The translations under genes were made by a program, and so were the position numbers. This document shows positions 23,722-38,545 of a DNA stretch of 64,000 nt, in pieces; the stretch's first letter is position 1; each line of letters opens with the position of its first letter. Origin of the DNA: Amphiscolops sp. MND2022 (lineage: Eukaryota); contig OZ076409.1 of the NCBI GenBank assembly GCA_964187785.1, forward strand, positions 95,234,001 to 95,298,000, written 5' to 3'. The notes under the pieces are model-generated. The model worked only from the letters and a program-made list of their open reading frames with translations, was not told the origin of the DNA and did no database searches.

Positions 23722-26700
23722 TATTTGTCCAACATTAAAGTTTACAATTATCATTTGCAAATTCATCAATAACTCATAGCATTCAATTAATCCAGCTTCT
23801 GATATGAGTAACGCAGACTAATACAAATCCAAATATGAAAATATTGTCAAAAATACCTTTGAATCAAATTGAAACAAACTAAATAGTTTAAGTGTAGCAT
23901 AAGTTCAATAGATTGGGAGGGTTCCTGGCATAATCTCCTGTCCGCCTGCAGAAGTCGTGTACTTTATTCCATCACACGCGGCAGGCTGCGTCATGCGTTT
24001 ATGGGGATGGAACACCATGTTGCATGACAATCTTTTCTCGAAAATTGTTGTGTTCACGAAATTGTTCCATTCGTTTTGTTGCCTGAGCGTTTGTTAATAC
24101 TGCAAAGCTCACGACTGTTTTTTTTCTAAATTTGGAGAATCAATAATTTGAAGTTAACCGATAATTTTTCAGGTTGTTAATGGTTTTGTACTGGTGTTTG
24201 AGTTTTTTCTTTCATTGTTTCATCAAATAAAACAAGTTGTTTTGAATGGCAGTTTTTTCAACGTACGGGTTTGTGACATCTTCGTGTAGAAACCACTGTC
24301 TATTTTTTCATTACAATTCATTTTGTTAATTTCCAAGCTACTTGTCTACTTTAACAAAAGGCGAAAGTGTTGTGATTTGTAGCTTGGTTATGAGCATTGA
24401 TGTGACAACATACGGTTCGTGATACAATCGTATCGCAACAGTGAAGTTACGAATCGAAACACAATCGTGCTATAATTGCACCGGCATTTGCATAAAAGGC
24501 CAACTCGATAGATACATTAGGGTTCCAAAGAGCCCAAAAAACTTGCAATCGCTAGGGAAAACTTTCAAAATTCAATAAGTTTCCATCTATTCTTTTCAAA
24601 ACATAAGCTCAAAGGAGCTTTGCGCAAAGCTCGCATTAAAAATGGGCCCACTTTGGCATGCGCAAAAAACTTATGAAAAGCTGAACAGATACAGCTAACG
24701 GCGCCGAGATGTACAAAACTGGACTAGAAATTAGAAATCGTGGAACAATAATTATTTAGAACGAATGAATTTTCTTCGGAAAGCTTTTCAAACAAACTTT
24801 AAAACACTTTCAGAAAATTAACGGCCAATTTTTCCGTTATAAAAACTTCTCCAGAGAAAAAGTCACATGATATTCGCAGCGTTTACAGTAACGTTGATTA
24901 CTATGATTTTGACGTAAAAACACCTTTTTGGTGGAATTATTTTGCAAGTTTTTTTGCAAGGTATTACAAAAGATAACGGCCACTTTCTCTGCACCAAGAA
25001 CTTTTCTGGAGACACAAGTTACATGAATATTTGTAGCGCGTCTTGGCGCATTGCTTCTCATAACTCCCGAGACGGAAAGATGCTTTATTGGAGCAATAAT
25101 TTTGCAAAAAAACCTTTAGCAGAAATTTTTGGAAAATTTTCTAAAAATTAACAGCCAATTTTTCCGTAACCGGAAAATTACCAAAACATAACTTACATGA
25201 AAATTCGCAGGGCTTCTCGCTTCTTCGATTTAAATAATTTTCACGCTAATTGGCTAAAGTTGAAGGCCGAGTTCAATTAAAAATTGTTCACTCAAAAAGT
25301 TACCGTAGCAGAAAAAATCATAGAAGAATTTTCGGACCACAACAAAAACTTACACCATGCCCAACTTCGATCTTCAGGAGTTTTTTTCCTAATATTGCGC
25401 TTGGAGATATAACGCTTCTAAGAAAAACAACGAAGAGGGATGTCACACTTTCAGACAGGAAGATTAAAAAACCAGTCAGTTCGTTCAAATATCAGTGCGA
25501 ATCATCCGTTTACGCTTGCTACGCTCGCTTAAAATAAGTCTAGAGCACAAGAAGAAAGTTTGAATACAATTGGTTGAATGAAACTACCTACGTTGAAGAA
25601 CTTTCAAAAAAGGCAGATCTTTTATACCGTCCTTCATTTTTAGAAGTTGAACCAATTTCAGTTCACTATTTAACCCGGAATAAAGGTGGAAATTTCTGGA
25701 TGCATCCAAAAATCTGGGCTTCGACGCACTGGCTCCGGACTTTGCGCCAAAACTTTGGTGTCTTTGGCTGCATTTCAGCTTGTTTCAAAACATGCTAGGG
25801 CCCCTTTGACCTAATCTTGTCCCCAGTATTATAAAATGGCCACACAAGAACACAGGAAAATCGGAAAATGTGCGCTATTTTTTATTTTTCTGGTCCCTTT
25901 TTCTGATTTTGGAGACATCAAGTCAACAATCCGTGAAAATGCGTGCAATTCTATATAATTTTGTTTGAAAATCTTATTCAAGAGTTTTCTTTACCATACG
26001 GTGGGCTGGTGCCTTTAGAAGTTAGCAGATCTTGAGTGATGCAAATACGTACCGCAATGCTAAATAGGGTTAAATACGATTTACTATTCGCGTGGTGTGT
26101 AAGAGCATCACTGAAACCTAAGTGATCAAAGATTAGATCTTTTTCAGCTTCCAATTCAAGGCGAAAATTTCTTTTCAGGTTTCCTTGATATCATGCGTAT
26201 TCATCCATCATAATCAATCAATGCTTCATTGCTCCATCATCAGGACCCATGACTTCATGGTTTTTCGTCATTCATGGACCATGGAAATATCCGGCATGGA
26301 GAACCGTGTATCATGGATAGAGAGACCTAGAAACCGAGTACACCGGAAACCTTGAAAATTCGGGAAACTTCTGCTGGTAAATCTTAGAGAATTACAATGC
26401 ATTTTCTGCCTCATTGCATTTTTTGAAAAAACAACATCAAATTTTGTTTCAAAGTAGCATGATTGACAGCCCATTGTGTGGTACTATTCGCATATTTTAA
26501 CCCTCGAAAAGTTCAAAAACTTTATAAAAATTGCCACTTAAACTTTGAAATTTTAGTCTGTTTCAGAAACAGTTTAGTTTTATTTTCCGTTCTTATACTC
26601 CTGATTGCTTAGGAAACGTAAGAGCGTAGGAGGCAACTGTTTGGTTCGTTTTTGAAATCTCTGGGTATTTGAATCACTCGAAACGTTTGAAAGAACTCGC

Positions 26701-29700
26701 TTTTGATGGGTAATTTTGAGGCAATTTTTACGGAAAGCATCAGACTGCTCTTCGTAACAGCTCAGGGATAGCTAATTATTTCGTTTTTAAACTCTCTCGA
26801 AGTTCTCATTTTTCCAAACGTTCAAAAGTGCCTATTTTTGCCCTGAAAGTGTCAAAAAACAGTACTTTTCTAACATTTTCTTGTATTTTAATGTCATTTG
26901 GACATTTTTTCAGCAAGTCATTAGGAATTTCTTTTGACAAAAACGTGTTGGACACCTGGAACTTTCCGGAATATTTGTTCCACGAAACGTTTTGAAAATT
27001 GTTTAAAAACAGCGTTTAAAAATTGGAAACACTTTGCCATTATTGTCTGTTTCGTTATCATTTCGGGGTCCTTTTTGCTGTAGGAGTTTTGACTTCAACG
27101 CTCATATTATGATGTTCATTTAATTTTTTTATCATCAGCCGGGTAAAATGTTCGGGTGTGATATGTATGAAATATAACAGAAAGTACTTCAAGTACATCG
27201 TTTTTCTGTTTAACGTAAACACTACTGTCATTCGTCCCGTTGACAGCCACAATATCCATTCTTAGCTAATTTGAAGAGAACGCGCAACGTATTAATGCAA
27301 TATGGCCGCCGCCACCACCTAAAACTATGTATGAAAATTTCAATCAAAAAGCATATTTGACTGTGAAATTCCCAATAACTATTGCAAATAAAAGAAAAAC
27401 TAAATCGAAAACATGTCTCTTTCTGACCTTACTACGTGTTGGGTAAACCTTAAAAAATTTTTGAGTGGAAATTTTCCTTAGAAATTAAACTAGAAGTCAT
27501 TTTTATCTGTGAACAGAATTTTAGTCAAATTGCTTGTGTTTATGCATGTGATTGAGGGTAAACGAGAGTGAAAATTCCGATGTTCGTGACAAAACCATAG
27601 AATGCAAGTCACCAACGCCTGTAAGAAAGCGAAAAGAATGAAACTTGGAACGCGCTGTGAGTGACTGTGCACACCGCTATTAGAAAAACAACCGCTGCGC
27701 TTTCCGAATTATCCTCAGCCCTAATCCTAATTAAAAATCAAAACCCGATTTCTCGGAAATGGAAAAAACAGCGACAAAAGGGTTTCAACATTTGTTAGCC
27801 TGTCTGAAGGTTAGCTTAAGTTGAAAGTTTTGAGCCTTGTGTGACAACGAGAACCTGGCGGCAAAAGCTTTGAAAATGAGTTGTTATAAAGTTTAGACGA
27901 ATTCACAAAAGTGTATCCTTTGATAAATTTGTGTGATCGCAAAATCGGATATGTTTTTCACAAAATGTTCGGATATGGCTTAGGATAAATTTGAAGATAA
28001 AACAAATAAGTTTCAGTAATTTTTGAGAAAGGAGCCAGCAAACGTTAAAAATGACCTCAAAACGACATAAAATGCAGTTTTAAGGGATGTTATCGCTTAG
28101 TACTCAACGTATAAACGCAAAATAGTTGGCTCCTCTGCCGCGTAATTACACTTTGAAGTGGATAAGTAAATGAAATTGAAAATAGAGCACTGCGGCGCGC
28201 TAGCTAAAGTCTCCCAAGAATTGAAAGTTGAGGTATATTTTTGACATTAGCAAAGTAGACCTACCAAAATGCTAACCCTACATTTATGGGCGACAGCGAG
28301 CTGAAACTTTCGGGATAGATGCAACAAGAGTAGGGTTTTCCGAAAAAAGACCTGAAGTTGAAATATTGACCTTTGGATTTCCAGGTCAGTTCACAAAATT
28401 TTGGAAAAAGTCTGTTTTCAGAAAATGCGCTACCAAATTTTGTTGAAACAAGATAGAAACTTTTTCTAAAAAGCAAAAATCGACTAATGGCTGGATCTAA
28501 GGATGTACGTTTCAAATTGAATAATTACAACCTTTCCAAGGTTGAGATTTTTGGAGGAATGTGAAATTGAGTTTCGATGACAAGTCTCTGAGGGCATTTT
28601 CCACCATGAAGGAATGAAAATATTAGGTTGATAGTTCCGAAAAAGTTTGTAGCCCCTGAATGTCCTTTAAGAGAGTCTATTTGAATTTGCCCTCGGTAAT
28701 CAGAACATTTAGTTTTCTCTTGATAGAATGTGTAACGAAAAAACAGACTTCTTGGAATGTGAAAAATATTACACCTTTTGGTCGTTGTAAAATGCTGAAA
28801 ATTGTTTCCTTCAGCCATACTTTGCTGACGAAAACTGTCAGGAGTGGTGTGGGAAAAAAGGACCTGACAAAATGTGCGACGTCAATCAGTAGGCCGAAGT
28901 TGAAGTCGGTTTGCAAATGTGGGAAAAGTTAAATCAAAGAAACCTGCGCTCCAATCCTATTGAAAAATTAGTGAAACTACTAGTCATGATTAACAAGGAG
29001 GTAGAAGTAAGACCAGCAAGTGATGTAAAACTTTATTTCTGATGAACCGTTGATACCGAATTAGGAAAAACAGCGTTACTCAACACTTTGTCAGGCCCCA
29101 AAAAAGAGGTGATGAAAAAGTACGAATACCTAAGTGACTAAACTGCCGAGAAATTGCTTTGGCCGCGAAGGGTGTCAGTTCGAAAACAACCACTGTGAGT
29201 TATCACCTAGAGAACAAATTGACGTATTGCTTTGTCGGACTCAAAGACCGTCGTTGTGAAGCCAAATTACAATCGTGTGTGGGTGAGATGTTGGACATCT
29301 AAACCGTCATTAAGGTACCCTTGCTTTCACTCCAAGACCGATGGACAAGATTTGCAGCGAGTTGATACTGAAGATTTCATTCATATCACACCCCATCTTT
29401 ACGGATGCCCAAATCAACCTTGCCGAAACCCTTGTTTATTGATGACTTGTGCTATATGCCACTCAAAGTATTCCGTGTTGTTCTCAGATATAATCATTGT
29501 TTTCGTTCTTTTTTTCGTTGTTATGAAATCTTGTTTGTTTCTATATTCTTCTTGTATATTTGATGTGTAATTTTCAACTTTCAAACTGCTATTTCATCCT
29601 CGAAAAGACCTTCTAAACAGCTTAAGAGTAACGAAACAAACCCCTGGAGAAGGGTAATATTCACGGCAGGAGAAGATTCGTGATTTCCTTGTCACTTACC

Positions 29701-30716
29701 CTTAATGCCTTCGATTGAGTTGATTCGTCTTTACTTCAGGAGTTAAAAAATGTAGACACTCAGCCAGTCCCTGTCTCGTGTATGGTATCTACCGGTTTAA
29801 TTGAGTTGTAGTGGGGCAATTTTCACCAAATTGTTAAAGGTACTGAAATCTTAATATTGTCATAACTGAAAAAATCCTAAAATCTATTCAATAGAGATTC
29901 CTTGAAACTATGTTTTCATCACTTGACTTCTAGAGTAAAACCTTCTGTTTGAACCTGGCATTCCGGGTGTGCATTTTCTAAGTGAAGATTAAATATGAAA
30001 ACGGTGTGCAGGTTATAGAATTTATCCCGGTAGGGTTTTTTAGAACAGTTGGTTTTTTTTCTAAATTGGTGTTCAAAAAAGCTAAAATTCCGTAAATTGT
30101 ATCAGAACTTTTTATGTTTTAATAAGGTTTCAAATCAAAAAAGTACCGTAGTAACTACGATCAAAAGCTGAGAAGTTTCTTTCTTCAGGCTTTTTTGTCA
30201 AAGACATGTTCAAAGAAATAAAGTGCTTTCGCCTGTACTTTTAACTGTCCGTAAGTTTTCCGTACCTAAGTGTAGATAAAAAGAAAAAGAAAAAATATGA
30301 AAAAAGGATTTTTTAGAGGTTTCTCTTGACCTCAACCTTACTTAGGTGTTGTTTTAAACTCAAGTACTGAAAATGTTCCCATCATTTTGGGTATTGTTTC
30401 ACCACATGTATCATCGAATCAATTTTCGGAGTTGCATCTCCAGAGTTGACTTATTTGGAATCGAAAACTGCAACTAAAATTTCCAGGGTCGAATTACTTA
30501 GGATTGAATTTTACAGGGCAATATAACGATATGACTGAAATATGTTTCACTGTTTATGAATAAGTTTAATATGACTGAAATGTTCACATCTTTCAGTACT
30601 AGATAATTTCAATTCACGATTCGATCCTAGATAACGTTGCAAATTTTTCGATCCTACACACTTCTACTCTGCACAGCAATCCGTTTTGGTTGAATTTTTC
30701 TGCCAGTGGACATTAC

Positions 30717-30952
30717 CTTCCAAACCGCTCTGGAAGTTTTTCCTCTCTCAGAATGAGCTTCGTATTCAGGATGGTTTGATCCTCGGCGTGTAAGGGAACT
30801 AGATCGTTGCTGAGAATTCTCACGAATAAGTACGAGTAATTCCGTCGCACAGGCAAATACGCATCTGAGTTCCCGAACCCGTAAGAAAACGATTTATAGT
30901 GCAGTGCAAACCCTTTGAATAAACAACAGGGGCTTCCAAAATTTTGCCGAAA
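30717..30952 (-). CDS. Upstream exon of glycosyltransferase-like gene (5' boundary uncertain)
   Basis: YLFVRILSNDLVPLHAEDQTILNTKLILREEKLPERFG; AG|GTAATG phase-2 donor joins exon 13259 in frame (R-LWLL). Confidence 0.8.
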
Positions 30953-33900
30953 CTATTAGGTTTCAGATAGTACAAAAAATATAAATCAAACTACTATTTA
31001 AACAATGACTCAATGATCATTTTAGTTAGTGGCATAGTTTTGACCTCGCTAATTTGTTTCGTTAATCGCCAAATCGCTATTTCTTTTTTTTAAAATCACT
31101 ATTTCGCTGAAGAACTTTCCCATCAAACTCTTAAATGTGTGTGTTTCAAAATTCAATCATAACTTTATTCAATTTTTGCAAAAAAGACTCGAATTTCTCA
31201 TATCGTTTTACATGTGTAAGAGTTGAAATTTTTCGAAACTCATTTCGAAATTCTCATGTATTTTCTGAGGAAATTTTGAGTTTGGACAATATATTAGTTA
31301 CCGCTAATTTGAATCAGTAATAGAATCGCAAAAAAATTCTGCGTGGCTGCTAATTCGCTATATCGCAGATCAGTAGCATTTCTAACCGACCAATGCTCAT
31401 ATTTTTTCAACCTAAATTCATTTCATCTCAAGAACCTGTATTTGAAAGAAATTAACAACTTCTGGTCAAAAGTTTCAAAATTTTGGGAAAAAGATTTTTT
31501 AAAAAGGACAATGTCGTTCAACCAACTTAACAGCCAGTTTTTTTACAGAAATGATTTTAAATATATTCTTTTTTTCTTCATTATTGAAAGCCCCATTCTA
31601 ACTAACCTTGGAAGAATAAATACCTAGACCAGGCAAAAACTGTAAGACATATAACTGCCGATAAAATGAACGTTTTAGTTCTAAAAATTCTGTAAATGTT
31701 GATCAAAGCCATTCGAAAAAGTTGTTTTTAAAAGAAAAAGCCGCGATGAATAATTGCCAAGTTAGAGTTTTCGATTAGACAAGCTTTTCGAGATTCATCA
31801 TGTTATAATTTCCAAAGATGGTAGCTACAAATAGTAAACGAAGTTGGAAACTACAATCCAACCAGCCTAATTCAGCACATGATGGTAACTTTTCACTGAG
31901 CTGTGGATTAAGGCAGTGAAGTCTTTCCGAGGAATAGCCAGGAAAATACTCATGTCCTATGGAGCATGAAACTGCACAGTGGATATGATATTATATAAAA
32001 AATGGATGGATGCGTCACTGCTACAATACTTGCATGACAAGTTTATATAAAAGTTACATTTATATATAAAAGTTTATTTGCAAATTCGGTTACACGTGCA
32101 AGTACCAAACATTCGCGCCATCTGCTGATAAAGGGCTTGGAATTTTTCACCAATCAAAAAAATGAGACAAAAATTCTTTGAGAAAAAAATATCTCAAGAA
32201 GACAAGATTTTTTGTTTGAACAACTGCTTAAAGTAATAAACTTTTATACCATATTGTCAATCATGCGAAGCGCCAATATGTTTCAGAGCTTCTAAAAGTG
32301 CCTTCAATTACTCGCTTGAACGCGAAACACGTAAAATGATTTCAAAGGGAAGTAAAAAATACTTTGAATGTAGCCAATATGAGAAATTTTTTAAATATAA
32401 CCAAACTGTTTAACTACACTCCATTGATCGGGAAAAGTTGTTAAAGTAGTTGAAAACGTACCCCAATTCTCACCAGAAACTGGCCGATTTTCAGTTATTA
32501 TCAAAACGATCATTTCAAAAAACGATTCGGTTCTAAAGTGTTTTTAGGTTTCTTAGAAATTGCCTATTGAATGTCTGAACCTAAATGAAAATCATCGCAG
32601 CTGTGACAAAACTTGAAAGAAGCAGCTGTATTATTCAGATGAACCCTAGTTGAGACAGCTGGAGCTTTTTACATTCTGCGTGCAGGGTAAAAATTTATAA
32701 AAAGTAGAAAATTCAGTAATGTTGCTGTAGCCTCAACAGTGATTTCGTCCTCTAATGAGGACAGCGATTTTTCACAATCAATCAAAAATTACGAAACGCA
32801 AAAAGCATATAGGAAAAGGAAAATTTGTCTTTCTTATCAACACTCTATTGAACTATTTGGGGTGAGTTGTTATTTGTGTCAATATAGTTTGTTTTCCGAA
32901 CCACCGGCAAAAAAGTAACTGGAAAAAAGTGAAAATTTGCAAAAAAAACTATTGAGAAAATTAGCTTTGCAGAACTCTATGGCTTGAAATTACCGACAAA
33001 ACTTTCAAGCAGCTTGATAAAAGTTGATGACAACGCGGAAATTTTAACGGATGAAAGTTTCCCTAAGAGTTTTAGAAAATCTTTGTAAAAGTTGCTGGTA
33101 ACTTTAAAGAACATGTAAAAAGTTCGAACATATTCAACAAGGTAACACAAAAACCAAACGAGCTGAACAAGATTACATAAAAGTCGTAATATTAGGCTTC
33201 CGTGAAAAGTCAACATGTTTATCAAAGACAAACTGTACTATTTGTGTAGTTTTCTTGGATTTCTGAAGCCTCCAAATACCTCAAGAGTGCAAAAATAAAG
33301 GATTGAATTTCATTGAATTCATTGAATTGTTTTTGGAATTCCTATTTCACTTTATTGAAAAACAGTGAAAAAAAACTTTCCATATAACAACAAAAGACGC
33401 TGCAACAAAGACAATAGAAGATTGCCTTGTTTAACTTGTCATGTCCGACTGATGATCGGAATCTAAAGACTTATTGAGCTTTTCACAAATGTATTTTTAT
33501 CTATTCACGATATTTTCCTTGTCTTTTCTCAGAGTGATAAAAATTTATTAATTTATTCAAGGAGTTTGTCAAAAACGAATCTTGTTTTTGGTGTTTTCCT
33601 TGAAACTCGTAAACTTTTTCGTATGTCAGTAAAGGTATGTCATTACGGTATAAAGAAAAATATTGCGAGGGGGTTATATAATCCGTGTCGAATGACAAAC
33701 AATGTTTTGTTGAAGTGTAACGTCAACCACCTAGCAGAGTACATCATAGAAGTGGGACAATGCCTAGATTGCTTGAACAGGAGACCAGTGTCTTACTACA
33801 ACCTAGACATTAGTTTTTAATCCCAAAATGGTCTCCTAAAAGGGACTTTTCCTATACGCCTAAGGAGTCTCCTCAGTTAGAGCTCCGAGGCGACGTGCCG

Positions 33901-36900
33901 GCTCTCTCAAAGTCCGGACACGTCCCACAAGCCTGTAAAAACAATTCCTAATGTTCCTGCGTGTTCCTACATACCTCCGAGGTCCAAAAACAGGGGTTTA
34001 GCCAAAGTGCATTCAATTAGTGAATAACGTCTAAACTGGGTGAAATAAGGGGTAAAACATCACCAAACATCTACAAAAACCGCAAATATGGTACAATAGA
34101 TTCAGAAAACATCAGGCGTCAGTGTCAGCGAGCCTTGGTCTTGGACCTACTAGGTGGCACACGCAAAATATGCGAACTTCTGAGTTTCTTCATCTCTTGG
34201 GCCATTCTTCGGGTTCTGCTGGCAGCTGGGACGTCTTCCGAGGGAGATGGCACAACACGGCGATTTCGGGGATACTTCTGTGACGGTGTGTTCTCTCTCG
34301 GGTAGGGTGGGGGTGGTTTGCACTTTTTTTCATCATCCTTTTCAATTTTCAGTACCTGTCAGGTCGGCCATCTTGATTTAGAAATTTTGCTATCGCACAT
34401 TTCATCGAATTTTTGTGACGTCTTTTTGCTGGACGTTACATCCTCCCCGGGCCGTAGTTTGTCGTCCTCGACAAACGAAAGTGGATGTTCACGTCTTGGT
34501 TGCCATCATCCAGTGATCCAGTGATGCTGTTGTGACATAGTACTTCAGGAATCTAAATGGAAGTCATTGCCCAAGAACATGTTATTGCCCAAAAACACTA
34601 GTTTTTGCCAGCCTAGCAGGTTTCCTTGGATTCCACACCAACAATGGGTTCTAGCGCTGGATTAGCGTTAGCAGCTTTAGACACTTAGCCTTTTATTCAA
34701 AACATTTTCAAACTTTTAATTTCGCACCAAGATTTCAAAATTTCTAGCACCTTATTGCACCTGCATAAAAAGCACTAATCACAACAGGTTTGGCACTGGC
34801 CAGGGGGCCACCTGATAGGTTAGGTTTTACAAAATGCACGATAGCACTTGAAAAGCGAAAAATGAAAGTAACGGCTGTGGTCTTGCAAAAGTGTCGTAGT
34901 TCATAGCCAACAGAGACTGCACAATAAAAAGCACAAATAGAGAAATAGATCCCAAAAATTCAAAAATATCACCAAAAGCGAGGACCTATTCAATCTATTG
35001 AGTTAGCAGTGTACGCTCAGATAAAGGTGTTGTGTAGGTAATATAGGCACAAGTGTATATGTAAAAGATGGAAATAAACTGCTTTTCAAGAGGATGATTA
35101 TGTCGATAGCGATGATAGACTATGACCGAGGGAAGTTAAAAAATCAGGTATAGTGGATCATTAAAACAATAAAAACAGTCTTTGGCATTAAAAACAAATT
35201 TCAGAGCAATCATTCGAGTTCTAAAAGCACGGCCGCAGGCCAAGCAGTTCTCAGAGCTTCGAAGCTCTAGGTGTTTCATCATGCTTGGTGTTGGTTCCTT
35301 TCGGCAGAGTACTGGTGCTCCCCGGGCCAATCTCTTGTCCGGTGTTTTCACATCGATATGGTTCATGCAACTGTGGTACCGAGTACCGAGCTTCACCTTA
35401 GGCATGAATCGAGCAACGAACATTGATTTTTTGAGAAGCCTGCTTGGCTACAGATGTTAGATTGTCTAAAAACTCCGTTTGTCACTCACGCTGCGATGTT
35501 TCTGGAGGGCACAAGTAATAACAAAAATGTGATTAGAGACTACGGGTAGACCTTGGGGGTGAGTAGGAGGAGAGACATTGAGTTTGAAGTGGTTTTTTGC
35601 CTTACGATCGTAGTACGATCAGAAAAAGCGTTCTTTTTCAACTATGGTAGTCACTTGTGTACTTGTTGTTCTGTTTTGAGACGCACTGCGTTCAAAGTCT
35701 AAACCTCTAAAAGTGCCTATAAACGTGCTCCAGCACCCACGGGGTACACAAAACATCGAGCATGCATGTTCACAAAGGATAGATTGCACTTGGGTGACTT
35801 TGATAGCAGTCAGGAAGCGAGTTTCCATTTTCGGTTTTTCACCTCTATGTCTCGTAGACCGGTTTTCTCAGAGACCCCACATCTTAGGGTCAGCTTAGCA
35901 CTAATCAAAGTGATTCAAGAAGACGTCCTGAGGGCGCTTGGTATGCTAATCGGGTCGTCTTGGCCCTCACTGGTACGTACACTGAGAAAAATTTTGTGAT
36001 TTTTTGCAAAATTGCCCAAAATCAACAATTTTTTCGTCAACAAGCACCTCCGGGGAAGGTGAAAATCACTTCTAGCGCTGCTAGCGACCTGAAAATTTCA
36101 CACCATCTAATACACTGGCTGAATCGTGGGGAACAAACCTCCGATTGCGCTAAAATTGACCCTGTGGGTGTCGCGGTCACTTGACAATGTTCACTGAAAA
36201 TTTGACTATGTCGTGAAATTCACAAAAAGTGGTCAAACTCGACTTCTAGGCGTCCCAGCTACCTGAAATTTTGCAGGTGAGCGTAACTTTTGCCCACGTA
36301 ACAGAAAAACACGGCGGCGAGGTGCCTGAATTAGTATCTGGCGATTTGAAGTGACAAAACCTTGATGTACCAGAGGTACCACTTTTTCGGGTCAAAAATC
36401 ACAAAAATGTCAATTTCTCAGCTTTGGCTAGTAGCCGGCTGCTCAAATTGCACAAATCGTCGTGATCTAGTGCCGTGCACACGAAAATGCAAGAATTTCA
36501 GTGTTGGGATACCTGCGAGGTATTGCACTATGCTCAACTAAAATTCAAATTTTTCGACATTTTCACACGATTTTTGAGCAAAACTTCGGCTAAGATTTCT
36601 CGATCACTAGTAATGCTAGCGCTACGAAAATTACACCACTAACGTAACTTTTTATGGTCTACACGCTGGTGCAATCCGTTTGAGGCTGCTCCTACTAGGA
36701 GAGATTTCGACCTGTGCTGGAAGCACTACTACATGGTTCCCAAAATGTCGCAAAAATAACGCGTTTTCGGCTATTTCTCAACAACCACTGGTTGGAATCA
36801 CTCGCGGTTTTCTGCGTTTGTGACGTTGCACTCTATAATAACAGAAAATAGGCAAGCGAAACCTGGTAGGTTCCAAATAAGGTCTCTCAAAAAATTCTCA

Positions 36901-38380
36901 TGTTACACCTTTTACATTCTGGGAACAATGTGAAATATACGTATTTTCCCTAGCAACTTTTCATTTCTCGGTTCCCAGATGTTCGGGATAGTTCTAAACG
37001 TAACGTATTAAGGTGTAATAACTTTATTCACGGGACTGGGATTGTTTCAATTTTTAGTTTTGATGTTATAACTCTCAGGTCTATGGGGTCCTCTACTCAG
37101 GTCTATGTATAACAATAGAAAGTCAAGGGTTAAACTATCAATTTATATTGGGGAAGGGTAAAAAACGTCTTGGCAGTAGTGTTTTGTACCACCAAGCTCG
37201 GGAACAATGTTTTCGGGCAGCTCTGAAAGCTTTGGAACAAATGCTCAAGGCTTCGTCCTCACCACATTTGGTCTGTTAGGCCAATTTTGGGTCTTCACAA
37301 ACAAAAATCGCTAATTTTTCTGTTTTCAAGTAAATTAGCGGGTTAAAAATGTTTGTTCCTAGCCTGGTAGGTCTAGTGGAACGTTTTTATTGTTTTGTCA
37401 CTGGCCGTACCCTCTTCTGAAAAATTTTGGCTTTTGTAACTAATGATGACCGATAAATGGCGATTTTATGAAAATGAAAATTAGCTGGTAACTTATTCAA
37501 TATTTCGTTGGAGGGCCTCAAAAAACTGCTTGACGATAACGTTTTCTGATATCTGGCTCGAGAAAAAGAATTTTAGGTGGCTCGCAATGCTCTGAGAAAA
37601 ACGAACAGGGCTTCGCCCTCACCATTTTTCGTCTCAAAGTCCAAAGTTGACGTTTTCAAACAAAAATCGCTAAAGTTTTCGGTGTTTTTGACACTTTAGC
37701 TAAACAAATTTTTCTGTTCCTGACCTGATAGGTCTAATGGAACGTGTTTATTGTATTCCCATTGGCCGTACTATCTTCTGAAAAATTTCGACTTTTAAAA
37801 GTAACCAAATCGATATTTGAGCTATATAGGGTGTTATGGCTAGCTCGCTATATTTTTTCAGAAAACAATCGGAATACCCAGTGGGTATTTTTCTCAGTTC
37901 TTACTAATGGGAGTACGCCTGAGAATAGGCTTTTAAAGCCATAAAAACAAAAAAGGAGATTGTAACCCAGCCGATTCGTAGTGATCCTCCAGTGGGTCAA
38001 TGGGGTGTTGCCGTGAAGGACGTCACTCCGTCGTCACAGCTAGTGGAGGCGCTCACACCACGTCCCTGCAGTCCCAATACATTACAACTAAGCTGAAATG
38101 AGACTACAAAACCCTTTACAACAGATTCCGGTTAAGCCGGATGGTTAATCTCGGTACAGAGAAACGGTGTCGAAACGGTACTTTGTAATTAAACAGTTAT
38201 TTCTCTTCTCAGACCTCGGAAACATGCAGGAAACGCAAGAATTCAGCTAGAAGAAAACCTACCAGGCTTGACTAAGGCAATAAGAATAATCTAGGACTCT
38301 CCAACAATTTTTCCTAGATCCAGACCTAACAGGGCCGGAAAGCAGGAAAAACTCCAATTATGGCGAAAAGATGGAAAAAT

Positions 38381-38398
38381 GTCCCTTGTGGGGCGCCA
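38381..38398 (-). promoter_or_regulatory. 18-nt primer-binding site, tRNA-Lys-like
   Basis: TGGCGCCCCACAAGGGAC, 15/18 to the Lys3 PBS TGGCGCCCGAACAGGGAC. Confidence 0.7.
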
Positions 38399-38545
38399 TA
38401 AAAACTATTCTAGATGTAACGTCAACCACCTAGCAGAGTACATCATAGAAGTGGGACAATGCCTAGATTGCTTGAACAGGAGACCAGTGTCTTACTACAA
38501 CCTAGACATTAGTTTTTAATCCCAAAATGGTCTCCTAAAAGGGAC

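Noticed and set aside
23908..24100. Possible terminal exon on the minus strand
   Set aside because: Two competing short frames, no recognisable motif or partner exon
35136..36184. Short ORFs inside the non-coding LTR element
   Set aside because: No retroelement or other domain motifs; overlapping on both strands as expected by chance
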